From NCBI GenBank assembly GCA_029856045.1, contig JAHQWG010000016.1:227921-251920 (forward strand): 24,000 bases of DNA, in the 5' to 3' direction. A program made the position numbers and the translations under genes. This stretch comes from Promethearchaeia archaeon (GTDB lineage: Archaea > Asgardarchaeota > Lokiarchaeia > Sigyniarchaeales > SOKP01). Below, one piece after another: positions 18,049-24,000 of the stretch. Each line of letters starts with the position of its first letter. Position 1 is the stretch's first letter. Under the pieces are notes generated by a model. It was not told the DNA's origin. It worked only from the letters and a program-made list of their open reading frames with translations, and ran no database searches.

Positions 18049-18597
18049 ATGGTTATTGATAATAAATTTTATTTGCACACATTATATCACGATAAAGAAG
18101 ATAACTTCTTTGAAGTAGTTCCATGTCAAATAAATGATATAAATAAAGTAGAAAAAATAAATAAGGAGACATTACCAGAAAATTATCCTTATTTTTTCTA
18201 TAAAAGTATTTTAGACTCATTTTCGAATACCTTTTTAGTAGCTAAGTTAAAAGGAGAGATAAATAAAATCATTGGATATATTATGTGGCGTATCGAAAAA
18301 GGAATTTCTAATTTTGGACTTAAGGTTGTAAGGAAAGGACATTTAGTTTCTATAGCAGTTGACAAAAAATTTCAAGGAAGAGGAGTCGGAACGGTATTAT
18401 TAGCAAAAAGTTTACTTCAAGTAAAAAAATTTGATGTTCAAGAATTTGTTCTTGAAGTGAGATTATCAAACTTTAAAGCCATAAATCTTTATCAGAGAAA
18501 ACTACATTTTGAAAAACAAAGAATATTAAAAAATTATTACAAAGATGGGGAAAACGCATACTTTATGGCTCTTCAAGCAGATTTAATTGAAGAATAA
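18049..18597 (+). CDS. GNAT family N-acetyltransferase (RimI-like)
   Basis: 182 aa; LVSIAVDKKFQGRGVGTVLLAKSLLQ, LEVRLSNFKAINLYQRKLHFEKQRILKNYYKDGENAYFM. Confidence 0.87.
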   Translation: MVIDNKFYLHTLYHDKEDNFFEVVPCQINDINKVEKINKETLPENYPYFFYKSILDSFSNTFLVAKLKGEINKIIGYIMWRIEKGISNFGLKVVRKGHLVSIAVDKKFQGRGVGTVLLAKSLLQVKKFDVQEFVLEVRLSNFKAINLYQRKLHFEKQRILKNYYKDGENAYFMALQADLIEE

Positions 18598-18605
18598 ATT
18601 AATAA

Positions 18606-19631
18606 TTAATCATTAGCTTTTTCTAATCCATGAATCAAATATGACACAACTTCATTAATACTAACATCCACACCCAATTGTTTTCCATAAGATACTATTT
18701 TTTCATTAATAAAAGAGATTTCAGTTTTATTCTTACCACTTAAGATATCCTGAAGCATAGAATTTTTATTCATTGCAGTTTTTTTAGCAATCTCTAACAT
18801 AATTTTAACATAATTTTTTGCCTTAAGTTCAATCCCCTTTTTCTTAGCGACTTTCACTGCTTCTATAACGGCTCGTTCCATAATATCCCTTAACCCTTTA
18901 ATTTTAAGTAAATCTCCATTTCTTAAACCAGTTAAAGCTCCAAATGAATTAATTCCAACATTGATAAAAATCTTTTCCCAACAGACACTTTCTATATTAT
19001 CAACTATTTCTGTTTCTAAATTAGCTAAACTTAGAATAGTTTTCAAGGTTTCAAGGTTTTTCTTATCTTCTTTATTTATTTTAACCGTTTCTTTTTCCGA
19101 ATTCTCTATTTTTATAAAACCAATTTTGGTGATACCTTCCCCTGTACGCATTACATAGCCATCTCTTTCCATTAATGCACCATTACTTGTGACTGCTCTC
19201 AAAATTTTAAGATGTGAGATTTTTTTTTTAACTATTTCTTCGTTTCCTATCCCATTTTGAAGTATTATAAAATATTTAGAATTTTTTATAATCTCATAAT
19301 ATTCATCTATTACAGATTCAAGATCATAAGTTTTAGTTGTTAAAAAGAGATACTGAAATGGAAATTTATCATCAATATTTAGATGATTTGGATATTTTGG
19401 TTTAGTATAAATATTTAGGTTTAATAGGTTCTCTTTTTTACCGTCTTGTTCGATTATTAAACCATGATCTCTAATTGCTTTTTTATATCTTTCACGTGTA
19501 TATAAATACACATTTATTGTGACATTATTATATTTTACTTTAGAAATATTCCCTCCGAAAAGACATCCAATTGCTCCAGCTCCAATAATTCCAATATTAA
19601 TACCATCTGTCATGAAAAACAGTCTTTCCAA
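18606..19631 (-). CDS. panE: 2-dehydropantoate 2-reductase (ketopantoate reductase)
   Basis: 341 aa; NIGIIGAGAIGCLFGG, FLTTKTYDLE, QNGIGNEE, WEKIFINVGINSFGALTGL. Confidence 0.9.
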   Translation of the reverse strand: MERLFFMTDGINIGIIGAGAIGCLFGGNISKVKYNNVTINVYLYTRERYKKAIRDHGLIIEQDGKKENLLNLNIYTKPKYPNHLNIDDKFPFQYLFLTTKTYDLESVIDEYYEIIKNSKYFIILQNGIGNEEIVKKKISHLKILRAVTSNGALMERDGYVMRTGEGITKIGFIKIENSEKETVKINKEDKKNLETLKTILSLANLETEIVDNIESVCWEKIFINVGINSFGALTGLRNGDLLKIKGLRDIMERAVIEAVKVAKKKGIELKAKNYVKIMLEIAKKTAMNKNSMLQDILSGKNKTEISFINEKIVSYGKQLGVDVSINEVVSYLIHGLEKAND

Positions 19632-19650
19632 CTTTTATAATCTTTTTTTT

Positions 19651-20511
19651 TTAAAAAAATTTCTCTAAATCTGTTTGACTTTTAGGAATAGCTCCTGATT
19701 TTTTTTTAATTTTAGTCAATTTAATACTCCCGAGAGAATTTCTGGGATTAATTTTCAGCTCCTTCATAAATACCAATGAATTTTTAGGTGCATATCCTGA
19801 AAAGTGGTTATTAAAATAAATACCAATTTGTTTAACCTTGCCAAATAATTTCTTAATTTCTTTAGCCCATTTTTCAATCTCTGTATTCGAAAAATTATAA
19901 TTAAACCATGGTTTAGTCCCATATCCATGAAATCTAATATAAGACAAATTTGGATTTGTTATATCCATTCTAGGAGGTAAAAGTGGTTCTATCACTCCAC
20001 AATAGGTTATTTGGTTTTCTTTTAAAAATGAAAAAATTTCATCATCCATCCAAGATTTATGCCTAAATTCGATTACTCGTTCGTATTTTTCTGAACGATT
20101 CCAATACTCAATAAAATCTTTTAAATCTTTAAAATTATCCTCTTTATTAAATGAAGGGGGTAATTGTAATAAAAGTGCTAAAAGTCTATTTGAATCAATT
20201 AATGGTTCTATAACATCTAAAAATTTTTTTAATATAGATGAACATTTATCCAAATTTAACTTAAATTGATGTGTAACGTCTCGGGGAATTTTTGCAGAAA
20301 AAATAAAATCATCAGGTGTATTTTTAACCCATTTTTTGATTGTTTTTTGAAGGGGGATTTGATAAAACGTAGTATTAATTTCAGTTGTATAATATATTTC
20401 AGAATAATATAATAAAAACTCATTTGGTTCTAATATACGAGGATAAAAAACCCCTTTCCATTCTGAGTAACCCCATCCTGAAGTTCCAACATAAATTTTG
20501 TCCATAATCAT
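19651..20511 (-). CDS. DUF72 (YecE-like) family protein
   Basis: 286 aa; IYVGTSGWGYSEWKGVFYP, FYYSEIYYTTEINTTFYQIP, DFIFSAKIPRDVTH, YIRFHGY. Confidence 0.92.
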   Translation of the reverse strand: MIMDKIYVGTSGWGYSEWKGVFYPRILEPNEFLLYYSEIYYTTEINTTFYQIPLQKTIKKWVKNTPDDFIFSAKIPRDVTHQFKLNLDKCSSILKKFLDVIEPLIDSNRLLALLLQLPPSFNKEDNFKDLKDFIEYWNRSEKYERVIEFRHKSWMDDEIFSFLKENQITYCGVIEPLLPPRMDITNPNLSYIRFHGYGTKPWFNYNFSNTEIEKWAKEIKKLFGKVKQIGIYFNNHFSGYAPKNSLVFMKELKINPRNSLGSIKLTKIKKKSGAIPKSQTDLEKFF

Positions 20512-20669
20512 TAAAACCTAATTAATATTTATTATCTCTTTAAGAATATAAAAAACATAAAATTTATAATTTCAAAGATCTTTTAATACTATGTTAGTAT
20601 TAAATTTATAAGTTATTGGGAGCAAACTATTTCATCCTCGCCCCAAAAAGGGATGCAATATCCTAATAA

Positions 20670-20743
20670 CTAGCACAAATATCATGGAAGAAAATCAAAA
20701 ATCTCGGGGCATTTGATTTATCGGGAAATGATGTTTAAGCTAG
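20670..20743 (+). ncRNA. Candidate structured RNA / long stem-loop upstream of 23S rRNA
   Basis: CTAGC-AC-AAATATCAT ... ATGATGTTT-AA-GCTAG (14 bp with a 2x2 internal loop) enclosing AAATCAA...TTGATTT (7 bp). Confidence 0.4.
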
Positions 20744-20979
20744 GCACAAGGAATTTAAAATTTTTATAATTACATAATAATTAACTTGGAAATACACTTT
20801 AGAATATTAAGAATTTTGATAATTATTGATTTTTTTAACTCCAAGCTTTCCATATATCTCTTAATCTTGTGCTCATAGGAATATATTCTTCCAAACAGGT
20901 AATCGTCTTAGGTATTAAAAATATTTAAGAAATTAAATAAAACAAACTAATCCTAAATATAAGCACTCTAAATCTTCCT

Positions 20980-24000
<3,021 letters not shown>

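Overview
AT-rich archaeal chromosomal window. TFB, Rpo12, aRF1, archaeal-type UMP kinase, pantoate kinase, phosphopantothenate synthetase and an archaeal 23S rRNA support this. A roadblock/LC7-like protein and a PAC3/PAC4-like protein hint at an Asgard (Lokiarchaeia-like) source; that lineage call is inference. Most of the window is housekeeping: transcription initiation, translation termination, CoA biosynthesis, ADH-synthase-type aldolase and 23S rRNA. Strongest signals: (1) a minus-strand class II tRNA-Leu(CAA) gene at 13297-13461 that reads as interrupted by two bulge-helix-bulge introns, one noncanonical at 32/33 and one canonical at 37/38; the 3' end of intron 1 imitates exon 1 and can substitute for it in the second BHB; (2) a degenerate copy of that tRNA's 5' end about 120 nt upstream; (3) a YcaO / SWIM zinc finger / stand-alone ThiI-like PP-loop / YkgJ-like Cys-cluster neighbourhood; (4) a PAC3/PAC4-like small protein in the same window as a PAC2-family protein; (5) a roadblock protein next to an uncharacterised membrane protein with a Cys/His tail; (6) a compositionally foreign island with a truncated TnsA-like N-terminus and an orphan gene with an apparently broken 3' end; (7) a long stem-loop upstream of a 23S gene that has no 16S directly upstream. 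No CRISPR array or complete mobile element was seen. All calls are by eye; no database search was run.
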